A stretch of 64,000 nucleotides of DNA from Bacteroidota bacterium (GTDB lineage Bacteria > Bacteroidota > Bacteroidia > AKYH767-A > OLB10): the NCBI GenBank assembly GCA_029547265.1, contig JAKPPP010000112.1, forward strand, positions 32,965-96,964. Direction: 5' to 3'. How positions within the stretch are numbered: the first letter of the stretch is position 1; every line of letters starts with the position of its first letter. The translations under genes and the position numbers were made by a program. The notes beneath the pieces are model-generated. The model saw only the letters and a list, made by a program, of their open reading frames with translations. It was not told the DNA's origin and made no database searches. Below are positions 31,001-39,600 of the stretch, one piece after another.

Positions 31001-31342
31001 GCAATTTCAGCTGAAGGATGTACTGCAAATGATACCGTTGTGGTAACTGTTGTTTGTGATACTTTATTCATCCCTGGTGGATTCTCTCCTAATGGTGATG
31101 GCGTAAATGATTATTTCGTAATCAGCGATATAAACAGATATCCCGATGCAGTATTGAAAATATTCAACCGTTGGGGAGACCTGGTTTATACTAAGGAACA
31201 TTATGATAATAGCTGGAACGGATTCTCTAATACAGATATGGCAATAATGGGCGATGTGCTTCCAAATGGTACTTACTACTATGTCTTTGAGCCTGGTAAT
31301 GGCGAGGACGGAAGGTCGGGATACGTAATTTTACGTCGATAA
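22085..31342 (+). CDS. Giant (3085 aa) modular cell-surface adhesin-like protein with T9SS type B (CHU_C / gliding-motility-associated) C-terminal sorting domain
   Basis: Signal peptide, then a PKD domain (WDFGDGGTSSSQNPSYLFANGGNYIVTLIVTDGGG). Next come 25 tandem ~82-aa two-Cys modules, 3 cadherin-like modules (NDxD...CDTAW), 4 SprB repeats (C..D..G.I.....GG..PY.Y.WSNG......L..G.Y.V.V.D.NGC) and Ig-like modules. The C-terminus is FIPGGFSPNGDGVNDYFVI...KIFNRWGDLVY...GTYYYV...GYVILRR (approx. 31060-31339). Confidence 0.92.
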   Translation: MLRNFKVNLFTVLSLILFMSVNSAANAQAPTAEFEANDTIVCHGNTVSFTDMSTPGGSAIASWAWDFGDGGTSSSQNPSYLFANGGNYIVTLIVTDGGGSKDTVTHTIYVLKAQAIQNVVRICSPQNTTTIAAIDPNVPGVAGVWFTASSAVIASPGNDTTSVSNLNTGSYIFYWVVSDGGCSDADQVTVFVDQPVTVNAGPDQQICSTPGTATMAGSSPSPGTGLWSTTSTATITTPSNRNTTITGLSSAGTYVFVWTVTNGSCVTRDTMQIVVSSPVASAAGSDQTACSSPGTITLAGNSPSPGTGLWTTSSSASITTPTSATSAVSGLSTAGTYSFIWTVTNGACVSRDTMQVVVSTPVTSNAGNNIQVCTSTGTGTLNGNNPSPGTGLWTALNGGTITSPTSSTTTITGLSTAGFYNFVWTITNGACVTRDTVAIIVRAPITANAGADQSFCNLTTATLTGNSPSPGAAAWTTTGSSTIATPSTATTNVSNLAVGNNTFIYSITYGACVTRDTVVVRRDSLVAANAGPDQLICESQTTVTLAGNTPTPGTGVWTKLNGGTITTPSSPTTTVTGLTAGTHSFIWTVTNGTCTSKDTVQIVVSVQVASNAGLDDQVCQGGTGSLSANDPSPAIGLWTTTSSASINTPSSADILVTNLTNVGVYTFVWTVTNGGCVQRDTARISVDSLVVSNAGADQSLCALTSASLTANAATPGTGLWTSLGTATLSNALNASTTALNLAYGNNTFVWEITNGFCFSSDTVVIKRDSTVNSSAGSDQSLCIGSPIVMAANSPSPGTGLWTALSSGTITTPTSATTTITGLSSAGTYNFVWTITNGSCVSRDTVSITVSSTVVANAGSDQGICAATTATLAGNAAAPGTGAWTSLGTALVTTPSSATSGVTALANGANTFVWTISNGACVSRDTVVITVSTLVASAAGADQSLCIGSPIIMAANSPSPGTGLWTALSSGTITTPTSSTSTITGLSTAGTYNFVWTITNGSCVSRDTVSITVSSTVVANAGSDQGICASTTATLAGNAAAPGTGAWSSLGTALVTTPSSAISGVTALANGANTFVWTITNGACVTRDTVVITVSALVASAAGADQSLCIGSPITMAANSPSPGTGLWTALSSGTITTPTSATTTITGLSSAGTYNFVWTITNGSCVSRDTVAITVNDVITPDAGFDIQLCNTFTTVLNSNDPTPGVGAWSSPSGATIASPNIPSTTVSNMVLGDNIFVWTITNGSCVASDTIHVFVDSVIVPDAGIDQTVCSGTSSVLMANDPTPGTGLWTTTSTANITIPNLENTPVDNLVDAGAQMFIWTITNGVCTSSDTVYINVDSLIVADAGSDQQLCETFTTTLKSNDVTPGTGTWSTLGSATFVDVNDPMTAVSNLDYGDNLFIWSVTNGTCSSEDTLIIRVDSIINPLAGADQTICSSVGQVVLAANDPTPGIGVWTTSSTAVFSDSSQAATTAAGLIYAGTYELVWTIENGTCIASDTVVITVDSNDVAIAGPDQQFCETTTSTNLAGTAATIGTGVWSTTGTSTIVDVNDPATEVNSLAYGDNIYVWTITNGTCITSDTVIVHVDSLVNATAGADQTICSSVGQVVLAANDPIPGIGAWSTSSSAVFADASQAGTTATGLSISGNYDLIWTITNGTCISSDTLTITVDSNDVAIAGPDQQFCETTTSTNLAATAATIGTGVWSTPGTSTIVDVNDPATEVNTLVYGDNIYVWTITNGTCITSDTVIVHVDSLVNATAGADQTICSSVGQVVLAANDPTPGIGAWSTSSSAVFADASQAGTTASGLSIAGNYDLIWTITNGTCISSDTLTITVDSNDVAIAGPDQQFCETTTSTNLTATAATIGTGVWSTTGTSTIVDVNDPATEVNTLAYGDNIYVWTITNGTCTTSDTVIVHVDSLVNATAGADQTICSSVGQVVLAANDPTPGIGTWSTSSTAVFADSSQAGTTASGLSIAGNYDLIWTITNGTCISSDTLTITVDSNDVAVAGPDQQLCETISSTNLSATPATIGTGVWSTTSAAIITDVNDPATSVSGLVIGDNIFVWTITSGTCVTIDTIDVVISQQTDPANAGSDQNVCSSLASATISGNTPLVGTGSWTSLGTAVVDTASSVTTTVSNLSLGSNLFVYTITNGACSSSDTVDVVMFANPTADAGVDQFTTSGTPVTIGGSPVASGGTAPYVYTWNPGTVLDDSLIANPLATVIATTTFIITITDSIGCNAQDTVVVWINNPPVLQNDTLTIDEDSTVVIYPLLNDSDPDNNLNLGTLAILNGPFYGTATVDTMTGTITYVPNANYYGQDSIMYTLCDSGMPVYCDTAWIYLNLNPINDAPLAIDDVDSTVEDSCIQIAVLANDTDVENAIIVGSLVTFNGPSNGTLSLDTLTGIITYCPDSNFAGVDTFYYAICDSGYPAPGLCDTAMVIITVNSKNDPPIALNDSVAVCANDSILIAVLTNDVDQEGDPLSVSVTLGPNYGTSSVDLAGNIMYVPDPTYSGLDSLQYTVCDNQSPAGCDTAWVFVDVRGVPVLASVVSNNKCYEDSLGTIDLTITGNGGFTVSWDNGSVEEDLDSLASGIYTVTVVDTLGCSVSRSDTIFGPALPLDGIMNLQPVLCHADTSGAIDLQPSGGTAPYYFSWSNGSTDEDIDSLAAGEYTVILSDTNGCQISITDTILQPDSALTASITVTDITCAGDSTGSILVIPAGGTASYTYLWNNGVVADSLTAIPAGLYSVTVKDSNGCLITLADSVMELNAPIVLDSIVVQPYCLDNIWGSVEIIPSGGLSPFQYAWSNGDTLSVIDTLTAGAYNVQVTDANGCSKSFATVLSDTSNISIQVTGATTFCSGDSVTLLATNSAYVTYQWTYSGAPLADTLNAITVYSSGDYAVTATAVCGLFTAGPVTVVENALPIAAVDPDMTIHCDSSVVLTATGGNTYLWSPSNLVSDSVASVVTINLQSTTTFIVTAISAEGCTANDTVVVTVVCDTLFIPGGFSPNGDGVNDYFVISDINRYPDAVLKIFNRWGDLVYTKEHYDNSWNGFSNTDMAIMGDVLPNGTYYYVFEPGNGEDGRSGYVILRR
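24398..25621 (+). repeat. Recent tandem duplication A: 2.5 copies of a 489-bp (two-module) unit
   Basis: Landmark tctttatgtattgg recurs at 24422 and 24911, and its diverged form tcgttgtgtattgg at 25400, an exact 489-bp period. Copies 1 and 2 differ at 2 positions in the ~105 nt I aligned by eye (24421-24525 vs 24910-25014). Copy 3 carries many synonymous changes. Confidence 0.85.
26345..28324 (+). repeat. Recent tandem duplication B: 4 copies of a 495-bp (two-module) unit
   Basis: Landmark gatcaaacaatttg recurs at 26372, 26867, 27362 and 27857, an exact 495-bp period. 27061-27180 vs 27556-27675 differ at 3 of 120 nt by eye. The last half-unit is more diverged. Confidence 0.85.
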
Positions 31343-31359
31343 TCGTCACTATAAAATTT

Positions 31360-31394
31360 GCAGGGCCATCCTTAGGGATGGCTTTCTGCTTTTT
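31360..31394 (+). terminator. Probable intrinsic terminator after the giant adhesin gene
   Basis: Hairpin ggccatcc-ttag-ggatggct (31364-31383), followed by the T-rich tttctgcttttt. Confidence 0.5.
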
Positions 31395-31396
31395 AA

Positions 31397-31404
31397 TAAC
31401 TTTG
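31397..31404 (+). promoter_or_regulatory. -7 promoter motif TAACTTTG upstream of pheT
   Basis: Exact TAnnTTTG, 20 nt before the pheT ATG. Confidence 0.45.
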
Positions 31405-31424
31405 CAGCCTTATAGTACTTAATT

Positions 31425-33860
31425 ATGAAGATCTCTTATAACTGGCTAAAACAGTTTATTAATACTGATAAAACTCCTCAAGAGCTTTCGGCTTTACTTA
31501 CAGGCTGCGGCTTGGAGGTTGAACACCTCGAAAATTGGGTGAGCCTCAAGGGCGGATTGAAAGATATCGTGGTAGGGCATGTCCTTACCTGCGATCGCCA
31601 CCCTAATGCCGATCGTTTAAGTGTTACTACCGTTGATGCAGGAGATGGTGTGGTTCGACAAATTGTTTGTGGGGCACCTAATGTTGCCGCAGGACAAAAA
31701 GTGATTGTCGCGTTGCCCGGAGCAATAATGTATCCGTCAGAAGGAGATCCTTTTGAAATTAAAAAGTCTAAAATTAGAGGCGAGGCTTCTGAAGGTATGA
31801 TTTGTGCAGAAGACGAGATCGGTTTAGGTACTTCTCATGCTGGAATTATGATTCTGCCTGAGGACACAAAACCCGGTATGCCTGCGGCTGATTATTTCGG
31901 AATAGAAAACGATTGGGTATTTGAAATCGGATTGACACCAAATCGTGCCGATGCTGCTTCTCATCTAGGTGTAGCACGTGATCTTGTAGCATTACTTTCT
32001 GACGAAAATGCTAAATTGAATTTTACTTCTGCACAAGTTTCTAATACTGGAAATAAGTCAGGAAGTATTTCTGTCGAAGTAAAAAATGCAGAAGGATGTA
32101 AACGCTATTCCGGAGTAACAATCACAGGGGTGAAAGTTCAAGATTCACCTGATTGGTTGAAGAATAAATTGAAGGCTATCGGGGTTCGACCGATTAATAA
32201 TATCGTTGATGCAACGAATTATATTTTACATGACCTAGGTCAACCTTTACATGCTTTTGATGCTGATAAAATTTCAGGAGGAAAAATTATCGTAAGCTCA
32301 CTTCCTGAAGGAACAGTGTTTAAAACTCTCGATGAGGTGGAACGCAAATTATCAGGAAGTGAATTGATGATTGCTGATGCTTCGGGCGGATTATGTATCG
32401 CAGGAGTGTTTGGAGGTATAAACTCAGGCGTTACTGCTGATACAGTTAATATATTCTTAGAGAGTGCTTATTTCGATTCAGTAATGGTTCGTAAGGCCGC
32501 CCGCTTCCACGGATTACATACCGATTCTTCTTTCCGCTTTGAAAGAGGTACAGATCCTGAAATGACTATCACTGCACTTCAAAAAGCTGTGACTTTGATA
32601 ACTGATATTGCAGGAGGAAAGGCAGAGACAGCATTTGTAGATATCTATCCGGTAAAAGTCGAAAGAAAGCTAATCGATCTGTCATTTACTTATTTGAATA
32701 CCTTGGCAGGAAATAACATTCCAACAGACACTGTAAAGCGTATTTTAAACGATTTACAGATCGAAACAGTGAAAGAGAAGGGCGATGTGCTTAATTTGAG
32801 CGTACCGGCCTTTAAAGTGGATGTAACTCGTCCTGCCGACTTAGTCGAAGAAGTTATTCGCATCTACGGATATAACGCTATCGAATTACCGAAAAAAATG
32901 TCGGTGAGTATTGCGCCTGCTCGTAAACCTGATGTCGATGCAGTGGTGAATAGAATGGGTGCTTGGTTAGTTGATAATGGATTTAATGAGATATTAAATA
33001 ACTCTCTCACTAGAATTTCAAATATGGATGTTATTCCACTTGCTGAGAACAAAGAGGGAGTGACTGTATTAAATCCATTAAGTAATGATCTAGGCATGTT
33101 GCGTCATGATATGTTAATCCCTGGATTAGATGCTGTGGCTTATAATATCAATCGTAAACAAAAAGAACTTAAGTTTTTTGAAACAGGTAAGACTTATGTA
33201 AAGTCAGGCCCCGTATATTCTGAAAGTCGCCATTTAGCAATATGGATTACAGGAGATCTTCATGGAGAACATTGGAGAGATAAATCTCCTAAGTCTGATA
33301 TCTATTTCTTGAAATCAGTTGTAAATGCTTTGCTTGAAGTGGTTGGCGTGAATATAAAAGCTCGTCTTAATCAACTGGAAGGTGATCACGCTTGTTTGAA
33401 TTCATGTATCGCATTGATGGCTAAGAAAAATAGAGTAGCATTGATGGGTGAGGTGAATAAAAAGACGCTGAAGCTGATGGATATTAATCAGCCCGTTTTT
33501 TATGCTGAATTTAATCTCGATTACTTATTGCGTCTTGTGCCTACTGCAGATGAATCAGCTCCCGAACCTCCGAAATTCCCTGAAGTGCGTCGCGATTTAT
33601 CAATGATGTTAGATAAACAAGTGAGCTATCAAGAAGTAGAGAAATTGGCTTATGCTACTGAACCAAAGTTGTTGAAGAATGTTAATCTATTCGATGTTTA
33701 CGAAGGTGAAAAAATCGAAGCAGGCAAAAAGTCATATGCACTTAGCTTTATGTTGCGCGATGAACAAGCTACCTTGCAAGACAAACAAATTGATCAAGTG
33801 ATGGATAAATTGATGAAGCAGTTCGAGCAAAAATTAAATGCTACTATACGACGTCAATAA
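31425..33860 (+). CDS. pheT: Phenylalanine--tRNA ligase beta subunit
   Basis: MKISYNWLKQFI..., tRNA-binding domain (HPNADRL...CGAPN), B3/4, B5 and FDX-ACB domains, ~810 aa. Confidence 0.95.
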   Translation: MKISYNWLKQFINTDKTPQELSALLTGCGLEVEHLENWVSLKGGLKDIVVGHVLTCDRHPNADRLSVTTVDAGDGVVRQIVCGAPNVAAGQKVIVALPGAIMYPSEGDPFEIKKSKIRGEASEGMICAEDEIGLGTSHAGIMILPEDTKPGMPAADYFGIENDWVFEIGLTPNRADAASHLGVARDLVALLSDENAKLNFTSAQVSNTGNKSGSISVEVKNAEGCKRYSGVTITGVKVQDSPDWLKNKLKAIGVRPINNIVDATNYILHDLGQPLHAFDADKISGGKIIVSSLPEGTVFKTLDEVERKLSGSELMIADASGGLCIAGVFGGINSGVTADTVNIFLESAYFDSVMVRKAARFHGLHTDSSFRFERGTDPEMTITALQKAVTLITDIAGGKAETAFVDIYPVKVERKLIDLSFTYLNTLAGNNIPTDTVKRILNDLQIETVKEKGDVLNLSVPAFKVDVTRPADLVEEVIRIYGYNAIELPKKMSVSIAPARKPDVDAVVNRMGAWLVDNGFNEILNNSLTRISNMDVIPLAENKEGVTVLNPLSNDLGMLRHDMLIPGLDAVAYNINRKQKELKFFETGKTYVKSGPVYSESRHLAIWITGDLHGEHWRDKSPKSDIYFLKSVVNALLEVVGVNIKARLNQLEGDHACLNSCIALMAKKNRVALMGEVNKKTLKLMDINQPVFYAEFNLDYLLRLVPTADESAPEPPKFPEVRRDLSMMLDKQVSYQEVEKLAYATEPKLLKNVNLFDVYEGEKIEAGKKSYALSFMLRDEQATLQDKQIDQVMDKLMKQFEQKLNATIRRQ

Positions 33861-33895
33861 AAGTTTTAATGAAAATAAATAAAAGGCAACCCGGA

Positions 33896-36208
33896 TTATC
33901 TGATGATGATTCGGGTTGTTAGTTTTTGACCTTCTAGGAATAAAGTAGCTAAATAACTTCCTGCTTCTAATTTGGATTCAGGAGTTATTAATTCTAATGC
34001 AGTGTGATTTTCGTCTCCGGAAATATTTCTTTCTAATACCGGTCTTCCTAAAATATCCGTAATTACAAATGTTGCGTTTTCAGATAGTCCGTTAACTTTT
34101 AATATCATTTGTTCTCCAGTAGAAGGATTAGGGTATATCGTCATTTGTAAATCATGCAAATTGTTTCTGCGCAAGCTGATGATATGACTTAATGTGTACG
34201 TCCCATCATAGTCAGTTTGACGTAATCGATAGTAAAGAATCGGTTCGCCATTGTCAATGTCGCGATAGCTATAATATTGAGGGATATTAATTGTTCCTCC
34301 TCCTTGTACTCGAGCTACATTTTTGAACTCTAAACCGTTTATACTTCTTTCAATAGTGAAGTAGTCGTTCTCTTTTTCGGTAAGTGTGATCCATTTTAAA
34401 TCAACATGACCTTTCGTGCGAATTCCTTCAAAACTTAAAAGTGAAATTGGTAATGGAGTGGGGATGATTATATAAATCCAAGCAGTATCACATAATGGTA
34501 AATTATCGCAACTAACATAACGTAAACTGTCAATACCACTAAATCCAGATCCTAATGTATAACGAATACTATCACTGTTAAGGATGGAAGCTACACCATG
34601 ATGTGGATTTACTACAATACTTGAGTTGCCAAACGGATTTAAATCTTCGTCAGTGTCGTTTTGCTTGGTAGGTACGTCAACATATGTTGCAAAAGGGAAA
34701 AGCATTGTGTCGTTTACTACAGTAGGGCGACTTACACCGAATAAATCGATGTGGTCATTGTTATTTGATAAGTCAAACTCAAGAGATACCGATTTCGCAT
34801 CTGCTGAAAAACTGATATTTCCAAGTTTATTTATTACCGTATTCAATACCAAAGTGTCTGTTTCATTTCTTGTTAGCGAATCTAATGCCCAAACACCAGT
34901 ACCGCTATTGTATGTGCCGGATGTTGTTGTATAAGTTCCTAAAGTTAATCCGGTTGTAATAGGAGCATTCACGGTAACATTTTTAGCTCTCCCCGGACCA
35001 TAGTTCTTTACAATCACCAAAATCTTATAGGATTCCGTTTTTACCGCAAAACCCGGCTGAGGAACAATTAATGTCTTTAAATCTGTCCTAAAATCTCCTG
35101 CCATAATTGAATCACTTGCAGGTAAAAATGCTGAATTCAAGAATATTCTTCGGCCATTAATTTTGCCGTTTTCATAATAACCGTTTACCGTCCAGAAAAA
35201 CCAATCGTGTCCAGCGAGGTAAAGCAGGTTTCCTCCTTTTTCTGAATTCGGTTTAAGCTTTCCCGCAGTTACAACATTCCATGAGGCATTATTCACTACT
35301 TGATATGCAGTAGATCGAAATGTACTTGATGGTTTTGGTTTCCAAATCTTATACTCGCCATGAGGCACAGATAATATTCCGTGGAATTGCGAAATGCCTT
35401 GATCTGTGACCGGGTATAAAAAAGATCCCGGTGATGTAAAAGCTGCCGCAGAATCTACACCTCCTGTTGTCAAAGCGTACATTTTGTTTTCAAACCTGCC
35501 GAGTGATACACAATTTGCCACAAAATTTCCTCCATAAGTCTCTACATATTGTCGAATTTTACTAGCCCTAACAGAGTCAAGTACATCGACATGTGTCTCA
35601 GAAATCATAGTATATGGTGCCGTAGGATCTAATATAGCTCCCGGGGCAGGATTCATATAATATGAATTCGGGTTAAATCCCGCTTCTTGAAATACTTTAA
35701 CCGTGATAGTATCATATCCTCCGGTGTTCAACAATAATACCCTTGGCTTATGAGTAAGGTTGTATCTGACATTCATGTTTGTATTCACATCCAATCGAAA
35801 TACTTTTACCGAATTTCCATACGCTTTGATGATTGGAAGGGCAGCAGCAATGTAAGGGGTATCGATTACAAAAGGGCCCGAGTAAAACGGAGTACTTACG
35901 CTAGCTCCTGTATCAGGGAAAACTCTGGTCGCTAAAGCTGTGAAATCAGCAGAATTTTTGCCTTTAGAGTTCTTGATAATCCACATTACGGGAATCTCGT
36001 TTTGCAGAATTTCATTGACTAAACCGTATGATTTTAAGTTATAATAACCTGAGTTTTTTTGGTTGAGGGTATCCATGGCCACTATCAATGAACCGGCTTT
36101 TACGTTTTTTGAATTGGCCGTCATCGGGTTTGATAACTCAAACTGCGCTCTTGAGGCAGTTGCAAAAAAACAGAAAATGAAGAAAAATAGAATCTTTAGC
36201 TTAAACAT
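33896..36208 (-). CDS. Secreted 770-aa protein with T9SS type A C-terminal sorting domain; unassigned N-terminal domain, DUF11-like and cadherin-like modules
   Basis: Signal peptide MFKLKILFFFIFCFFATASRAQ. The central segment KNYGPGRAKNVTVNAPITTGLTLG...DTLVLNTV is DUF11-like. NDTDEDLNP...CDNLPLCDTAWIYI is cadherin-like. The C-terminus TIYPNPSTGEQMILKV...GSYLATLFLEGQKLTTRIIIR is Por_Secre_tail-like. Confidence 0.85.
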   Translation of the reverse strand: MFKLKILFFFIFCFFATASRAQFELSNPMTANSKNVKAGSLIVAMDTLNQKNSGYYNLKSYGLVNEILQNEIPVMWIIKNSKGKNSADFTALATRVFPDTGASVSTPFYSGPFVIDTPYIAAALPIIKAYGNSVKVFRLDVNTNMNVRYNLTHKPRVLLLNTGGYDTITVKVFQEAGFNPNSYYMNPAPGAILDPTAPYTMISETHVDVLDSVRASKIRQYVETYGGNFVANCVSLGRFENKMYALTTGGVDSAAAFTSPGSFLYPVTDQGISQFHGILSVPHGEYKIWKPKPSSTFRSTAYQVVNNASWNVVTAGKLKPNSEKGGNLLYLAGHDWFFWTVNGYYENGKINGRRIFLNSAFLPASDSIMAGDFRTDLKTLIVPQPGFAVKTESYKILVIVKNYGPGRAKNVTVNAPITTGLTLGTYTTTSGTYNSGTGVWALDSLTRNETDTLVLNTVINKLGNISFSADAKSVSLEFDLSNNNDHIDLFGVSRPTVVNDTMLFPFATYVDVPTKQNDTDEDLNPFGNSSIVVNPHHGVASILNSDSIRYTLGSGFSGIDSLRYVSCDNLPLCDTAWIYIIIPTPLPISLLSFEGIRTKGHVDLKWITLTEKENDYFTIERSINGLEFKNVARVQGGGTINIPQYYSYRDIDNGEPILYYRLRQTDYDGTYTLSHIISLRRNNLHDLQMTIYPNPSTGEQMILKVNGLSENATFVITDILGRPVLERNISGDENHTALELITPESKLEAGSYLATLFLEGQKLTTRIIIR

Positions 36209-36663
36209 TTTTTTGGTTGGGTACCGGTTGGTAATTACTGAATATTCTGGGTTTTACGCCCATTTACAAATTTCGTTCCCTTTTTGAGTAAAATATAAGT
36301 GCAAAAATAGGTGTAAACATCCGCTTCTTGCATGATTTTCTGTTAAACATTGGTGAATTGTTGATTTATTAATGTAAATCCTTCGTTTTTGTTGGCGGAG
36401 GATGTTGATTTTAAGTTGATAGGATTATGTTTTTGCCATTTCACAATGCAAAAAAACTTGTAAGGGGTGTTTTTTAATGTTAGAACTCAATTCTAACTAA
36501 TTATTTATTGGCAAATAAGAGGCCTCTTTTTGTAATCCCAAAACAGGGATTTAACGTTCACTTGCTCGATATTGGCTTCATTTTTTACTAGTTTGGCCAC
36601 CTTCAATGCTGTTATTTTAAAAATGTTCTTACCTTGTGATAACATTTCTAATAAACCACTTAT

Positions 36664-39600
36664 TTGAAAGTTACTGTCCAAAACAAATTTCTCTTTCTTT
36701 TAAGCCTATTGTGGTTATTATCGGCTACTCCTGTATTTTCACAAGGAGACCCTTACGTTACTGCCGGGCCTGATACAACTGTTTCATGTAGTAATCCATG
36801 TGTGAATCTCATGGCCGGATATTTTTTTGCCGGTCAAACTTCCACTTATATACCAATTTCTATCCCTTATAATCCTTTTCCATATAATGTCGGATCGCCA
36901 ATCCTTGTAAATATCGATGATACATGGTCCAATCCAATTCTTCTTCCTTTCGATTTTTGTTTTTTTGGCATCAATTACAACAAAGTTCTCATTGGTTCTA
37001 ATGGGATTTTAACTTTTGATTTAGCAAATGCCGGGGGTGTGTGTCCATGGAATTTATCAGGGCTTAGTCCTCTGCCTAATCCGAATCTTCCTCATAATTC
37101 TATCATGGGTGTTTATCAAGACACAGATCCGACTTATCAGGGTACAATTTATTGGCAGTTGACGGGGGCATACCCAAGTAGAAAACTGGTGGTTTCGTAT
37201 TATCACATTCCCTATTATGGCGATCCGAATAGTGTAAATTCTTCTTATTGCAATAATTCATTGTATTTAACATCGCAAATAGTGCTGTATGAAACAACAA
37301 ATGCAATTGATATTTACATAAAGGATAAACCAGTATGTACAGGATGGAATGATGGTAAAGCTATTGAAGGAATTCAAAATGCAACAGCAACTACAGCTTT
37401 TACAATTACCGGCAGAAATAATACTGTCTGGACAGCTACAAATGATTCGTATCGTTTCCTTCCACTCGGAACAAATATTGTATCGTTTTCGTGGTTGCAA
37501 GGTGGTAGTGTAATAAGTAACAATACAATTTTTAATGTGTGCCCTACTCAAAATACAACATATATTGCCCAAGTAGTTTATAATGGGTGTAATGGAGCAA
37601 TTGTAACATTACAGGATACAATGCAGGTCTCAATTACCAATTCTGTTCAGTCCGGAATAGCTATGGTGCAGCCAACAGGTTGTACAGCTACCCAGAATGG
37701 AAGTGCATCGGTGAATATTGTTTCGGGAACAGGTCCATTTACTTATCAGTGGTCGAATGGCGCAAATACATCTTCGATTTCAAATCTTGGTGCCGGGACA
37801 TACGTCTGCACCATAACAGATGGGAATGGATGTATCAGTAGAGATACCGCCGTTTTGGTGTATCCTAGTTTCCTCTCAGTGCCCGCTCCTGTAATTCAAG
37901 ATGTTCATTGTGCCGGTGGCAGCGACGGAAATATAACAGTAGTCCCCGCAGGAGGAGTGTTGCCTTATTCGTATAGTTGGTCTTCCGGCTCTTCTGCCGG
38001 TCCGAGTAGCGGATCATTGTCGGCCGGTAGTTATTCTGTAACTGTTTCCGATGCCGCAGGTTGTTCTGTCGTGTTGAATAACTTAAATATTATTGAGCCT
38101 TTAGCAATTCAAGTTCAACCGGTCATTCAAAATAATATTTGTTACGGGGGAAACTCCGGTTCTATTTTACTTAATGCTTCAGGAGGGACAGGGACGTTAT
38201 ATAGTTATTCTTGGTCGCCAAATGTGACTGCCGATTCATTGGCATCTTCCCTTGTTATTGGTAATTATACAACCACAGTTACTGATGTTAATGGATGTAC
38301 TTTGGTTGTGAATAATGCAATTACACAGCCGACGGAAATAGTCTTCAATATTGCTTACACCAATAGTGTGTGTAATGATCCTAATGGTAATATTGTTTCG
38401 AATGTTTCCGGAGCAACACCTATTTATAATTATTTATGGAATACCGGTGCAATAACATCTTCATTGCAAAATATTCCAGCAGGTAATTATACACTAACTG
38501 TTACTGATAACAATGGATGTGTTCGTGATACTCAACTAGTAATTACAACAACTTCTATCCCTACTTTAACATTAATCGCAACCGATTCAATTTGCAAAGG
38601 GAATTCAGTAACTGTTAGCACTAATGTGGTGAATGGAACCGGTCCGTTTACTTATGCATGGAATCCATCTTTGTCAAGTGCTTCATCATTAATCGATACT
38701 CCGCTTCTGACTCAAACATACACTGCCTATGTATCAGATGTGAATAATTGTAGAGACACAGCTTCCTATACTGTTACCGTTATTGAACTTCCGATACTTT
38801 CAACTATTGTTGATAGTGTGAAATGTAAAAGTGGATCCGATGGAAGTGTGCAATTGAATGTGATAGGAGGAATTCTACCACTGACATATTTATGGACACC
38901 TAATGTTTCTATAAGCGATTTAGCAAGCAATCTCCCTGCAGGGAATTATTCTGTTATTGTTACCGATCAATTGGGCTGCACGAAATCTATCTCCGCTACT
39001 GTTCAGGAGCCTTTGCCAATTGAATTGAACTTGACATTAAGTATGAGCACTTGTGGATTGTCGAATGGAAGCGCAATTTCAGCTGTTACCGGAGGAGTTA
39101 TTCCTTATTCATTTCAATGGAGTGGAGGACTTGGCCCTTCAAGTAATGCCATGAATTTACCTCCTTCAGTTTATCAGCTGACAGTAACTGATCATTATAC
39201 ATGCATCGCGGATACTCAGTTTGTAATAAGCTCTACTCCGAATCCTATTGCAACTATTGCGGGGGCTGATTCAATATGTATTGGTGATAATGATTTGCTT
39301 ACTACATCGGTATTAAATCAAGTATTGCCATTGAGCTATCAATGGAGTCCTTCATTGCCTGCACTTTCTACTGTGACCGTAGCTCCAACATCAACCCAAG
39401 TGTATGAAGTAGTCGTTACTGATGGAAATAATTGTACCGATACAACTTCATTTACCGTAAATGTGGAAAATCTTCCAATAATATCATTTACTCAACCCGA
39501 TACGGTGAAATGCGGAAACTTAGAATTGGCTTTTTCAGCTAGTGTAATTCCTGTGGATGCAACTTTGCATTGGGATTTTGGAGATAATGAAACTTCAGAT

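Noticed and set aside
33885-33918. Hairpin aacccg-N19-cgggtt as a pheT terminator
   Set aside because: It has only a 6-bp stem and a 19-nt loop, and its 3' arm lies inside the coding end of the convergent 770-aa gene. It is too weak to call.
36209-36663. 455-bp divergent intergenic region between two T9SS cargo genes, containing the 12-bp palindrome AAGAGGCCTCTT and ttagaa-ctcaa-ttctaa
   Set aside because: The short palindromes have no loop, no repetition and no supporting context. I could not identify promoters, RNAs or ORFs with any confidence.
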